Assembly: GCF_001194135.2 (NCBI RefSeq)
Contig: NC_069007.1
Location: 127,084 to 169,863, forward strand
Length of the DNA stretch: 42,780 bases
From: Octopus bimaculoides
Lineage: Eukaryota
Direction: 5' to 3'
The position numbers were made by a program, and so were the translations under genes. Below are positions 11,464 to 23,929 of the stretch, piece after piece. How positions within the stretch are numbered: the stretch's first letter is position 1; each line of letters begins with the position of its first letter. Under the pieces are notes generated by a model that was not told where the DNA came from, did not search any database, and saw nothing but the letters and a program-made list of their open reading frames with translations.

Positions 11464-12242
11464 AGCCTTTAGCCCTGGGGACAGGGGAGAAAGGATTGAA
11501 GATAGAAACCTACTTTGGTCAAGCTCTCATCAACTTCTTCATGTTCTAAAGCAAGTGGTGGTGGGGGGGGATACTCTCTTTCTCTCTCTCTCTCTGGCAA
11601 ATTTGTCAAAAGGAGACTGAATTAAAATAGGTAAGGGTATATCGAACTACTCTGAGTAGAAGCCTGTTGATTAGAGAAGAATGGTTAAGTGAAAGTTTGT
11701 GGCTTTGGTAGCCAGGAACATTCTGAATTTGTTGGGTTCCCTCAAATGGGCTCCAATCTGAACCTTTCCTGTAACAGGAGCACTGCCCACCATCTTTGCA
11801 TTCAAATATTCTGGAAACCTTTTCTTTTTTAATCACATATCTCCTTCCCTTCACTTTCCTATTTTATTCTGTAAACCATCACACAAACTGGAATCTATTC
11901 TTGTAATGACCCCCTAATTGGTGCCCCAGGGGTGAATATAAGAAATCATTGTCATTATCAGCTGGCAAAACTGTTAACACACCAGACAGAATGGTAGCTG
12001 ACCTTTACACTCTAATACCACAAAAGGCTATCTTGCCTTTCATCCTTAGGGATCAATGAAATAAGTACCAGTGAATACCNNNNNNNNNNNNNNNNNNNNN
12101 NNNNNNNNNNNNNNNNNNNNNNNNNNNNNNNNNNNNNNNNNNNNNNNNNNNNNNNNNNNNNNNNNNNNNNNNNNNNNNNNNNNNNNNNNNNNNNNNNNNN
12201 NNNNNNNNNNNNNNNNNNNNNNNNNNNNNNNNNNNNNNNNNN

Positions 12243-12280
<38 letters not shown>

Positions 12281-12852
12281 GTTCAGTGATGTTTACATGT
12301 TTTGTTTTTTTTCTTTTGTCTTCTTTTTATTCTTTTCTGAAACTCACCAATCAATACAACATATTTATTTGTCTTATATATTTTTCAATTTTATTTCTTT
12401 CAACATCTGTTGACCAATCAATGAACTCCATCTGTTCTAGTAACTCTTTTTTTCTTTCTCTCTCTCTTTCTTTTCTCATGCGTACTTTATGGCTCTTATT
12501 TATTTCTGAAAGAACCAATCGATACAATGTGGGAGAGATAGAGACATTGATAAAATATGCAAGGGAAGGGCAAAACACTAAGGACAGCTGGTAAAGAGGG
12601 TGGAGTTAGAATAAGTGTGTGCAGTGAGGGAGGGGGAGAGACAATGATGTGTAGTGGGGGGTGGGCTGTATGCATAAATGTGATCAAACAGGATGAGAAC
12701 ATGCTGGGACAAGATACTACATAACAAGATGCGACAACATGTTCGTGAGAATTGGAAGGGGTTATGAAATAAAAAAAATAATTGTAAAAAGAAGTGAACC
12801 ATGCTAAACACAATACATGCTAATATCATGTTATTTTATCAGTATTATTACT

Positions 12853-12853
12853 A

Positions 12854-12899
<46 letters not shown>

Positions 12900-12913
12900 C
12901 ATTATTATTATTA
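12853..12913. repeat. (TAT)n microsatellite
   Basis: Near-perfect TAT array read directly. Confidence 0.9.
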
Positions 12914-13327
12914 TATGAGCCCATGTGGCACAAAGGAGCGAAGAGAGAAGATTAATCTCCGCTCACTGTGAAGACGGGAGTCCGGATGGCCCCTGTGCAA
13001 GGACAAACCAAATACAGACAGGTGTTGTAAAGAGTGACCAGTTGAGCGGAAATGGGATTTGTAGAACAATACATAAAAACACGAAGTCCTAAAGCTTCAC
13101 TTAATTTAGATTAAATGTTGTGGTAAGCTTTTACAATCTGGAAGAGAAGAACAGGATGCAGCTGTTAGCTTTGGGTGTCGACTACCTCCTGGACATCTTG
13201 TATGCTCAATCAGATGTTTCCAGGCGGGTTCATGTCCAAATGCAATCAGGGGTATATATGGGTTTTAAGGAATTTCTTCAATTAGCATCACTGGATTAGT
13301 TGAATTCATATATTGTGACTTTATATA

Positions 13328-13470
13328 TCATCATCATCATCATTTAACATCTGTTACCCATGCTGGCATGGGTTGGATGGTTTGACCAGAGCTGGAGGGA
13401 TTTACCTGACTCCTGTCTGATTTTACATGGTTTCTAGGGCTGGATGCCCTTCTAAGCACTAACCCCTTTA
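13328..13470 (-). mobile_element. Diverged family E SINE-like repeat
   Basis: (CAT)n TTTAACATCTGTTACCCATGCTGGCATGGGTTGGATGG...GCTGGATGCCCTTCTAA. Confidence 0.7.
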
Positions 13471-14264
13471 CAGAGTGTGTTGGGTGCTTTCATGTGGCGC
13501 CACATGGGTGCTTTTATATGGCACTGTATGGGTACTTTCATGTGGCACCACATGGACACGGAGGCACTTTTATTTGGCATTGCCATGAGTGCTTTATCCC
13601 CCCAAAGAGACCAATCAACCTATAACGATTGTTTAGAAACGTCCTGCATTTGCTTTATTATTATCATCAGAAACACATTGTTTATGAGTTTTTGATAAAG
13701 TCATTAATTAATTAACCTATATTTTATATGGATATGAAAAGTCTACTGTTTATTTAACTTTAAAATCAGTCTGAAAATGACCTGTGGGTAATGTTTTCTT
13801 GAAACTTGTATGTATGCAACTATTTTCTGTTAAGGAAAGAAAAAAAAATGTGCACACACAAGTTTTTAAAGATGAAATCAAATTTTTAGGAATTAAAGAA
13901 ATTTGTGTGACAGTTCTTCACATGGAAGCACATGTACTTTGCAAAACACAACAAACAAACAAAATGTGCACACATTGCAAATTTCAATGCACACACTCAG
14001 CAAAATAAGCACGGCTTAGAATAACTGATGGGGGCTGGGGTAAAAGTACTAAAAATCAGCAGGAAAAGGAATCAGTATTTATAGAATGGTAAGGGGACTT
14101 AGTGAAGATAAAGGAAGTTTAGAAGGAACCGACTGAAAAAAAATGGAATAAAGTTTTTGGCAGTCAGCCTTTTTTTGTATTAGTTGTAATACATATATAT
14201 GTGGAACTAAAGCTGGATAAATTTATAAATTTAAATTGCATAAGGACTTTATAATGGCTGTGCC

Positions 14265-14302
<38 letters not shown>

Positions 14303-14593
14303 NNNNNNNNNNNNNNNNNNNNNNNNNNNNNNNNNNNNNNNNNNNNNNNNNNNNNNNNNNNNNNNNNNNNNNNNNNNNNNNNNNNNNNNNNNNNNNNNNN
14401 NNNNNNNNNNNNNNNNNNNNNNNNNNNNNNNNNNNNNNNNNNNNNNNNNNNNNNNNNNNNNNNNNNNNNNNNNNNNNNNNNNNNNNNNNNNNNNNNNNNN
14501 NNNNNNNNNNNNNNNNNNNNNNNNNNNNNNNNNNNNNNNNNNNNNNNNNNNNNNNNNNNNNNNNNNNNNNNNNNNNNNNNNNNNNNNNNNNNN

Positions 14594-14666
<73 letters not shown>

Positions 14667-16350
14667 GGATGTATATAAGGGAGAAAGTGATCTGAAAAAT
14701 ATATACTTATATCCATAGAAACATTTACATATACATACACAAACCTTTATTTTAAACCTATTTAATTCTCAAACAAACATTTCATTTTAGTAAATTGTCT
14801 TTCAGTAGAATATTGGGTGAAATAATATGAAAAAAAAATAAAACAAAACTACAAAACAAATGAAAGAAAATGAAAAGAAAACAAACACAAACAACATACA
14901 AAAAGTAATCAAATTTAAAAAGGAAAAAATAAAAAAGACAGCATTTTTATGTAAAAACAAATTGCATGAGAACGGAGCAAGATTTGTTTCTTCTTAGAAC
15001 ACGTGACAAATGGGTAGATAGGGTAGGTGGGTGTTCTAGTTTTAATCTGCAATTTCTTCAATTTCAATCCTGTGGAGGAGCCATTCCATTCCTCTCTCTC
15101 TCCCCTCTCTCTCAGCTTCACCTCCCACCTATTTTTAGTGTGATAAAACATACACAAAAAAAGCAATCAAAAGTACAAATTGGTGGGAAGTGGGGAAAAT
15201 TGATGAGATCAGCTCCTAATGTTAAAAACCAATGAAGTAGGGTCCTACCAATTGTCAGGCATCACCACCCATTCCCTCTGAATCAAACCCTATCTTACTC
15301 ATTGTGTAAGGAAGTTGTAGATATAATCTTCAACCTAAAGAAACATAATCCAGGATGGTCATCATTGGACTACTTTTCATTCATAGTTTTATTCAACTAA
15401 AGAACATGCAGGATCTAATTTGTTTCTTTGCAATCAGAGTTCAAACTCTGTCAAGGCATTCACAGATGGATACACAAGAAATGGATACTGTTGCCATTCA
15501 GATAAACTATCCATGATAAAGAAACAACAATGGTTGGAATATTCTTGATTTTTGATCTGATTAATCAGGTGTACGAAGTGAGGGGGAGGGGTGGATAAGC
15601 AACAATGAAAGACTGTTACACAAATTGTCAAACTTTCAAAAATTTTATTTGGTTAACATTATAAGAATGATCTCTCCCTTGGCTGTTTATAAAATTTTTC
15701 CACACTCTGCCAGGGAGTTTTTGCTTGCTAACGGAATGGATAATTTCAGTAAACTAAACTTTTTCAATTTAAAATATATTACATGAGCATTAATGGTGAA
15801 ATTACATTAGTAACGAGATACTTAATAAACAAATTCCACTTAGTGCAAGCAAGACATAAATTTAAGAAGAATAAGGAAAAGGGGGTGGTGGTGGAGAGGG
15901 AAGAGTGAGTATTTGAAAGAGGGGAAGGAGGGGAAGGGGGAGGAGGAGTATTTCAGTAAGAATAAATTTAGTGTTTTATTTTCTATTTTTAATAACAAGA
16001 ATATATTCTTACATCTAAACCAGATGTGAAGCTTTGTATATTCCATCCTACACACAATCTGGGAAACTAGTTCTGTATGATACATCCTCCCACTCTCTTC
16101 AACTCCCACCACCACCACCACCATGGGAAACTTCTCCAGTCTCTGCCTACTCACTCCTACCCCCTCTTTCTCTCTGTTCATCCACTCTCTAGATTACTTT
16201 CAGATCCTATGTCAATGAAGGAGGGGGGAACAAAAACAAAAAAACATCGATAATTGAGATCTTGTCTGCACATGTCTTTTTGCTTCCGTGAGCATTTTGT
16301 CTGCATATGTCATGTGTATGTGCTTGTTTGCATGTATGTATATGTGTCTA

Positions 16351-16383
<33 letters not shown>

Positions 16384-16727
16384 GTAGGAGGTTATTTTTC
16401 TTGCATGAATGCAAGGCCGAAAACATTTACATAAAATTCAATGACAAATTCAATTTTAATGTCTGTTGTTTTTGATGAGATACACCTGGAAGGTGCTACA
16501 TATTTCAATTATATTGACTTTGATGTTTTAAAAATCGTTTTGCCTCTCCTAAGTACTCCCCCCCCCCCCCCAACATGTTGGTTCAAGTTGGATGTGTGTT
16601 TTTCTGGCAGCATTTTGCTGGATGCCCTTCCTGATAACAAATCCTTGTAGCTTCTTTACAACAAGAACTGGTACACCATACCCAGTCTTTAAAAGTTGGT
16701 TTATTATATATATATATTATTTTATTC

Positions 16728-16920
16728 ATTTCTTTGCGGCCATGCTGGAGCACTGCCTTTAGTCAAACAAATCGACCCCAGGCCTTATTCTTTGTAAGCC
16801 TAGTACTTATTCTATTGGTCTCTATGGCTGAACTGCTAAGTTACGGGGATGTAAACACACCAACATCGGTTGCCAAGCGATGGTAGATGGACAAACAGAC
16901 ACACAAATACACACACGCGC
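16728..16920 (-). mobile_element. Family A SINE tail fragment
   Basis: TGCGGCCATGCTGGAGCACTGCCTTTAGTCAAACAAATCGACCCCAGG...GCTAAGTTACGGGGATGTAAACACACC. Confidence 0.85.
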
Positions 16921-16924
16921 GCAC

Positions 16925-16961
<37 letters not shown>

Positions 16962-17518
16962 TGAAATTTACAGAAGAACAAAAGACGGAGACAGGTGTAT
17001 TTGTTTAACACTTGGGAAGGTGAGAAAATCTTTTACGTTTCGAGCCTATGCTCTTCAACTGAAAGGAATACAAGGAAATAAACAGAGAATAAAGAAGCTT
17101 TTGGAGCTATCACTACATGTGGATTGTCAGTGACTTTTTTCCTTCATCTTTCTTNNNNNNNNNNNNNNNNNNNNNNNNNNNNNNNNNNNNNNNNNNNNNN
17201 NNNNNNNNNNNNNNNNNNNNNNNNNNNNNNNNNNNNNNNNNNNNNNNNNNNNNNNNNNNNNNNNNNNNNNNNNNNNNNNNNNNNNNNNNNNNNNNNNNNN
17301 NNNNNNNNNNNNNNNNNNNNNNNNNNNNNNNNNNNNNNNNNNNNNNNNNNNNNNNNNNNNNNNNNNNNNNNNNNNNNNNNNNNNNNNNNNNNNNNNNNNN
17401 NNNNNNNNNNNNNNNNNNNNNNNNNNNNNNNNNNNNNNNNNNNNNNNNNNNNNNNNNNNNNNNNNNNNNNNNNNNNNNNNNNNNNNNNNNNNNNNNNNNN
17501 NNNNNNNNNNNNNNNNNN

Positions 17519-17575
<57 letters not shown>

Positions 17576-18811
17576 TCATATATACATATATATACATACA
17601 AATATATATATGCATACATATATACATATATATACATACATATGTAGATATATGTACATGTATGTTTATATATATGTACATATGTAGATATATGTATATG
17701 TATGTTATGTTTATATATATGTACATATGTAGATATATGTATATGTATGTACTTATATATATGTAGTTATGTGTGTCTGTATATATGTAAAGATATATAT
17801 ATGTATATATAGTATTGAAGTTACCTTAGAAATTAGTTCTGATGGCATTTTAATTTAATTGAAATAGCTTTTACCATAATGGAATTTCTCTGTGTGTTTT
17901 CTAATCGTAATTGTAACAATCTCTTTTCTGATGACACTATTGTTACACCATCATTGCAAAATGAAAGCCTCCTATTCTTGGACTATATTAACCATGGTTC
18001 TGTACTCAAACAACTTAAAAAAAACAAAAACGTGCTCATTGTTGTTTTTGTTGATTGAGACATCCCATCCCCTGCAGACATAGCCCTTTTTTTGTGTATA
18101 GCTAAGGCTAACATAGTTGAATATGGCTTTTGATTTGAAACTACTTGTTTCTGAAATGTAGTCGTGATTTGTCACTAGCTTAACTTCTCCAACTGGTGTC
18201 CATGGGTGTAAACAAATGTATTAAGTTTCGAGCAAGACAACAACTTAATACCCGTAGTGCATTGCCCTTCCTACAAAACCAAAACATTTAATGGGTTGGT
18301 CTTTGTTCCTCTTCACCAGCGAACCTGTAAAAATACCATCCGTGTTGTTGCCCTACTTTCTCTGACAAAGCTATAAGATATGGCTAAAAATATACTTGCT
18401 TGTTGATATTTTCATATGTGTGTGTGTAGATGCATGAAGTTATATGTGCAGGTGTGTGTATTTATATACACATATCTAGGTGTGAATGTATAATATATTC
18501 AAATCACTTGACTAACAATTCACTGTCTCAAAGCAAGCAGAGTTACATATCTCTGTATAAGTGTGTGTGTGTGTGTGTGTGTGTGCACATGTATGCATAT
18601 GCACGTGGATGTGTGTAAGATGATGTGTTGAAATGTGGATGTCTGTTCTTTCTGTGGGGGTTGACCTGGAGCTATGCAACAACACTTCAAACTGGTGGGT
18701 TCTGGGTTCATTCAACCCACTGGAAATAACAACTAAATCTTCCTCGAATGACAACTTACTGTCTTAAATAAAAGATAGACTGAAGTTAAAGTAAACATAA
18801 AAAAGCACTCA

Positions 18812-18925
18812 CTACACTCTCGGAGTGGTTGGCGTTAGGAAGGGCATCCAGCTGTAGAAGCATTGCCAGATCAGATTGGAGCCTGGTGCAGCCTTCTGGC
18901 TTGCCAGACCACAGTCAAACGACGA
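18812..18925 (+). mobile_element. Family E SINE-like repeat, forward copy
   Basis: GAGTGGTTGGCGTTAGGAAGGGCATCCAGCTGTAGAA...GATTGGAGCCTGGTG is the reverse complement of the 7571 copy. Confidence 0.8.
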
Positions 18926-19228
18926 CAATGATAATGATGATATATACATGTGTGTGTGTGTGTGTATGTATAATCATTGTCTTACTGACATCAACTTTTC
19001 AATGGGTTGGACAGAGTTTATTGAGGTAGAATTTTTATGGAGGGATGCCTTTCCTGTTGTGAACCCTTACCTTTGCTGGCCTTGTGTCAAAATTAGAATT
19101 ACTACGACTATTACTACTACTACTACTAGAGTAGTTGTAGACACTAACGATGTCTACACAATGTTGTAATAAAGGGTAATCACAGGTGGAATAAATCTCA
19201 TCAGAGGACTTTTTGGATCAGTGTTGAA

Positions 19229-19251
19229 CCGCCGCCGCCGCCGCCGCCGCC
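19229..19251. repeat. (CCG)n trinucleotide repeat running into an assembly gap
   Basis: CCGCCGCCGCCGCCGCCGCCGCC followed directly by Ns. Confidence 0.95.
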
Positions 19252-20977
19252 NNNNNNNNNNNNNNNNNNNNNNNNNNNNNNNNNNNNNNNNNNNNNNNNN
19301 NNNNNNNNNNNNNNNNNNNNNNNNNNNNNNNNNNNNNNNNNNNNNNNNNNNNNNNNNNNNNNNNNNNNNNNNNNNNNNNNNNNNNNNNNNNNNNNNNNNN
19401 NNNNNNNNNNNNNNNNNNNNNNNNNNNNNNNNNNNNNNNNNNNNNNNNNNNNNNNNNNNNNNNNNNNNNNNNNNNNNNNNNNNNNNNNNNNNNNNNNNNN
19501 NNNNNNNNNNNNNNNNNNNNNNNNNNNNNNNNNNNNNNNNNNNNNNNNNNNNNNNNNNNNNNNNNNNNNNNNNNNNNNNNGCGTGTATTTATGTAGATTG
19601 TATAGTGTTTAGTTTCACAACAAAATCTCCAAATAGAGTTTAAAAAAGCTTTTAATGTGTCCCCTTGGTGATTGGTGGGTGCGGCAGGGGTGGAGGGGAA
19701 GAAATTGTAGCCTATTAAATGTGAAAATGGATATTTAAATTTAATAAAAACATGACAACATAAAAGAGTTTTCATCACTTGAAAAAGAAAATGGACTGCT
19801 TCCCACAAGAGACGAATGATAGAAAGATATATAAACGATGGCGGGGGGGGGGGAGGAGAACATTAGGGAAAGACAGAGAAAAAGGGAGATGGGTAATGTT
19901 CAATTCTAATTTTAAAATTAGGAAAATCAAATTTATACCCTTCTTGCAGTTTATTTTATTTTGTTAAGAATTCCATATTTTCTGCTCCACTGCCATTCTT
20001 TCCCCATCTTTCTTTCATTCTTTTACTCTTCATCTCCAATATATCCAACCATGGAAATATAAGGTGCCACAGTTTTATCACTTCTGTTTGCTTGAGTTTT
20101 CTCACTCAGATTATCTGTAAAAATTAGTATGGCTTAGAAACTGAAGATGGAGAATAGAAGTGGTCCTTTAGAGGCTGACCAATCAGGGTACCCCTGCTGG
20201 GCCTGTTGAAAGGGACGCAGTCAATCAGGTACCCTTGCAGGACCCGTTGAAAAGGGAAGCAGTCAATAAAATTAGATTAACTTAAACTTTGTGAACTTAT
20301 CCTCCAATATGACAAAGAAAGAAAAATTATATGCAAAGTACTTTGTCATCTATAAAGATGGGGTACGAACAATTCCTTGAACATTTTTGCAGGGAGCTGC
20401 TTTTTGTCAGTTTCACAACTATTAGGATAAAATGTTTGTGGCTAAGTCATGGTTGGAAGGTTCTTGATCGAAATCTGATGGATCAGAGATGAAGTGGAGC
20501 TCAGTAACAATATGTAGCAATCTGTGAAGTCCAGTTGCTTGACTTCCTGAAAATAGCAGGCAAATCTCACTCAGAGTCACCGTAATATCTAGAATTGAAG
20601 AGCATTAGGGGTTAACCTAGCCAAAAGCAAAGTCTTAGTAAGTAGGAGGGCTGTCAAATCACTGCCGTAGAAGTGTTACCACAACTTCACAATATGACAG
20701 TTATCAGGTCACAGGATCACAGCTATACAATCTCAATATTGCACAATATTAGATTGTCATAATGTTCACAACGTTACACCTGAATATCTCGTACAGTTAT
20801 AATGCCACATAATTACATCCTCACAATGTCTCATTGTCATAATTGCACAAGGTCACAATTATAACTATTTCACACAGATAAAACATCATAATGTGCGTGA
20901 GTTGCAATTTTATAATATCATAGACATAACAATGATAATAAATGAATAAAAGAAACAAAAGTAATTTTTCAGCTTAC

Positions 20978-21022
20978 CTTGTACGAAATGTATTTCCTAT
21001 TTTCGTAGATGAGATAAACCTC
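20978..21022 (-). CDS. Candidate 45-nt internal exon of an unidentified minus-strand gene (EVYLIYENRKYISYK in phase 0, or RFISSTKIGNTFRT in the alternative open frame)
   Basis: Acceptor TTTCTTATCTATTTACAG| and donor AAG|GTAAGC are both near consensus. Length is a multiple of 3, two frames are open, and the sequence is non-repetitive. The product is not recognised and no partner exon was found in the window. Confidence 0.55.
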
Positions 21023-21922
21023 CTGTAAATAGATAAGAAATTATATTAGAGTGTGTCATTGACTATGACAGATAACACACACACACACACACACACAAAC
21101 CCCCCTCTTCGACCCCACATACACCCACACTCATGCAGAGGAAGAGACATTGTAGTGGGGACATGGAGTTGACTTTGTTAACATGTTATCATAGGTTTTA
21201 TCTCCCAGCATAATTAGACCTTGGACAAATGTCTTCTATTGTAGCTTTCAAGCTGACCCTGGTACCTTTTAAGTGGAACAGCGAGAAACACGGCACAGGA
21301 GACCTTCATACATACATACATTACATATATACAAATGTACAAAATGTATACAATATGGTGAACGAGATTTTACCAATTATATTTTTCTTAATTATTTTCT
21401 TTGGTGTGTTTTTCCCAGTTATTTACCAAAATGGTTAAATAGATCTACTTAGCAGTAATCTAATTTTAATAGACTTGTACTTATAATCAGATACTTCCAA
21501 ACATACTTTGTGTATCCATAGCCACCAACAGTCACCACATATTCAAAATGGCTCCCAAGAGACAAAAAAAAAAGAAAGAGTGGTGATAATGAAAAATGAA
21601 AATAAATATAGGAAAAGCAGTAAAAGAGACTCAACAGAGAAAGTAAGTAATGGCAGCCGATGTGAAAAGGTCAAGCAGCAAAGTGTGCAGTCAACACAAA
21701 GAGGCAGAAGTTGGGAAAAAAAGAAAAAGGAAAGAAGAGTAAAAAGAAAAGCCTCCTGGGGCTAATAAAAAGTTGCCCGGCACAGATTTTTGACAGATGC
21801 AATGGAAATGTGCCAGTGACCAGGCTGCAAAAGTGCAACTGAAAATTTTGGCTAAGCAAGAAAGGGAAAGAAAGTGTAATGGTTTTTTGTTTTTAAACAA
21901 CAAAAACAGTTCTTCCCCAATG

Positions 21923-21957
<35 letters not shown>

Positions 21958-22281
21958 ACTCTGGCTCTCTCCAAATATAGGTGTGTGTATGACCTAATAT
22001 GGATGTTGCACTCAGGATAGCAGTTTTGATTTGCAGACCAGTGATGTGTTGTATTCTTGAGCAAAGCACTTTATTTCATGTTGCTTCAGTCCACTCAGCC
22101 GCACAGAGGTAACTCGGTGATGGACAACTGATGTCCTGGTCAAGGAAAATGTCTGCTTGACAATCTCCTCAGTGGAGTGACAAAATTCAAAAGCTACAAT
22201 AATGCAAGGAAGTGCATTGTGACCAGTGGTGTATAACAACAACTGAGAGTCTGGTCGATACAGTGATATATATATGATACG

Positions 22282-22316
<35 letters not shown>

Positions 22317-22318
<2 letters not shown>

Positions 22319-22580
22319 AAATTATAATTGAGGGTATCTAAAAGATACCATCATGCTAGAGATGGTTTCAACATCAAAAATTCATACAGCACCAGGAGAA
22401 AAGACAAAGACACAAAATAAACTAATAAAAAATTGGATCCAATAATTTTTTGCGGGTTTATTTTGTCTCTTTGTCTTCTCTCCTGGTGCTGTATGAACAT
22501 TTGATGTGGTTTTAGAGTCAAGTTTTGACTACTACTTCTAGCGTGATGGTATCTTGTAGATACCCTTAATTATAATTTTA
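22317..22580. mobile_element. Foldback/MITE-like element (264 bp imperfect palindrome)
   Basis: TAAAATTATAATTGAGGGTATCTA...CATACAGCACCAGGAGAAAAGACAAAGA pairs with TCTTTGTCTTCTCTCCTGGTGCTGTATG...TAGATACCCTTAATTATAATTTTA; central palindrome ATTGGATCCAAT at 22432-22443. Confidence 0.8.
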
Positions 22581-23461
22581 ACAATAATTATTACCTATGA
22601 GGTTTTTATTCCCATGCTAGCCANNNNNNNNNNNNNNNNNNNNNNNNNNNNNNNNNNNNNNNNNNNNNNNNNNNNNNNNNNNNNNNNNNNNNNNNNNNNN
22701 NNNNNNNNNNNNNNNNNNNNNNNNNNNNNNNNNNNNNNNNNNNNNNNNNNNNNNNNNNNNNNNNNNNNNNNNNNNNNNNNNNNNNNNNNNNNNNNNNNNN
22801 NNNNNNNNNNNNNNNNNNNNNNNNNNNNNNNNNNNNNNNNNNNNNNNNNNNNNNNNNNNNNNNNNNNNNNNNNNNNNNNNNNNNNNNNNNNNNNNNNNNN
22901 NNNNNNNNNNNNNNNNNNNNNNNNNNNNNNNNNNNNNNNNNNNNNNNNNNNNNNNNNNNNNNNNNNNNNNNNNNNNNNNNNNNNNNNNNNNNNNNNNNNN
23001 NNNNNNNNNNNNNNNNNNNNNNNNNNNNNNNNNNNNNNNNNNNNNNNNNNNNNNNNNNNNNNNNNNNNNNNNNNNNNNNNNNNNNNNNNNNNNNNNNNNN
23101 NNNNNNNNNNNNNNNNNNNNNNNNNNNNNNNNNNNNNNNNNNNNNNNNNNNNNNNNNNNNNNNNNNNNNNNNNNNNNNNNNNNNNNNNNNNNNNNNNNNN
23201 NNNNNNNNNNNNNNNNNNNNNNNNNNNNNNNNNNNNNNNNNNNNNNNNNNNNNNNNNNNNNNNNNNNNNNNNNNNNNNNNNNNNNNNNNNNNNNNNNNNN
23301 NNNNNNNNNNNNNNNNNNNNNNNNNNNNNNNNNNNNNNNNNNNNNNNNNNNNNNNNNNNNNNNNNNNNNNNNNNNNNNNNNNNNNNNNNNNNNNNNNNNN
23401 NNNNNNNNNNNNNNNNNNNNNNNNNNNNNNNNNNNNNNNNNNNNNNNNNNNNNNNNNNNNN

Positions 23462-23501
<40 letters not shown>

Positions 23502-23886
23502 GCCTGTCTATCTATCTTTGTCAAAAAATAATATGCATGTATGTCGTCATCATCATCACCATTTTATTTCTGCTTCCAATCATGCTTTCATATTGATGGA
23601 CCATTGAGGTATAAATAAATTCAGTTACTGTCAAGATGGGTTGGAGAAAAGAAGGCAGTAGAGACATGACAGGAATTCAATGGGTGGGTGGACCTACCTA
23701 GATAGATCATACACCCAAGCTACAAAACCACCACCACCACCACCACTTGAATGACGGTTTTAACATACTTGCTTTAATGAATCAGTCGTCGTCTCCAGTG
23801 ATGCATGACACCATGTCACGTTTCCGTTTCATCTACACAATGATTTATAAATAGAGTGATACATATAAATATACGTGTGTGTGTGG

Positions 23887-23929
<43 letters not shown>

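Noticed and set aside
21650-21742. 30-aa plus-strand ORF MAADVKRSSSKVCSQHKEAEVGKKRKRKEE with an NLS-like end
   Set aside because: The basic stretch comes from a purine-rich A/G tract; no promoter, splice or homology support.
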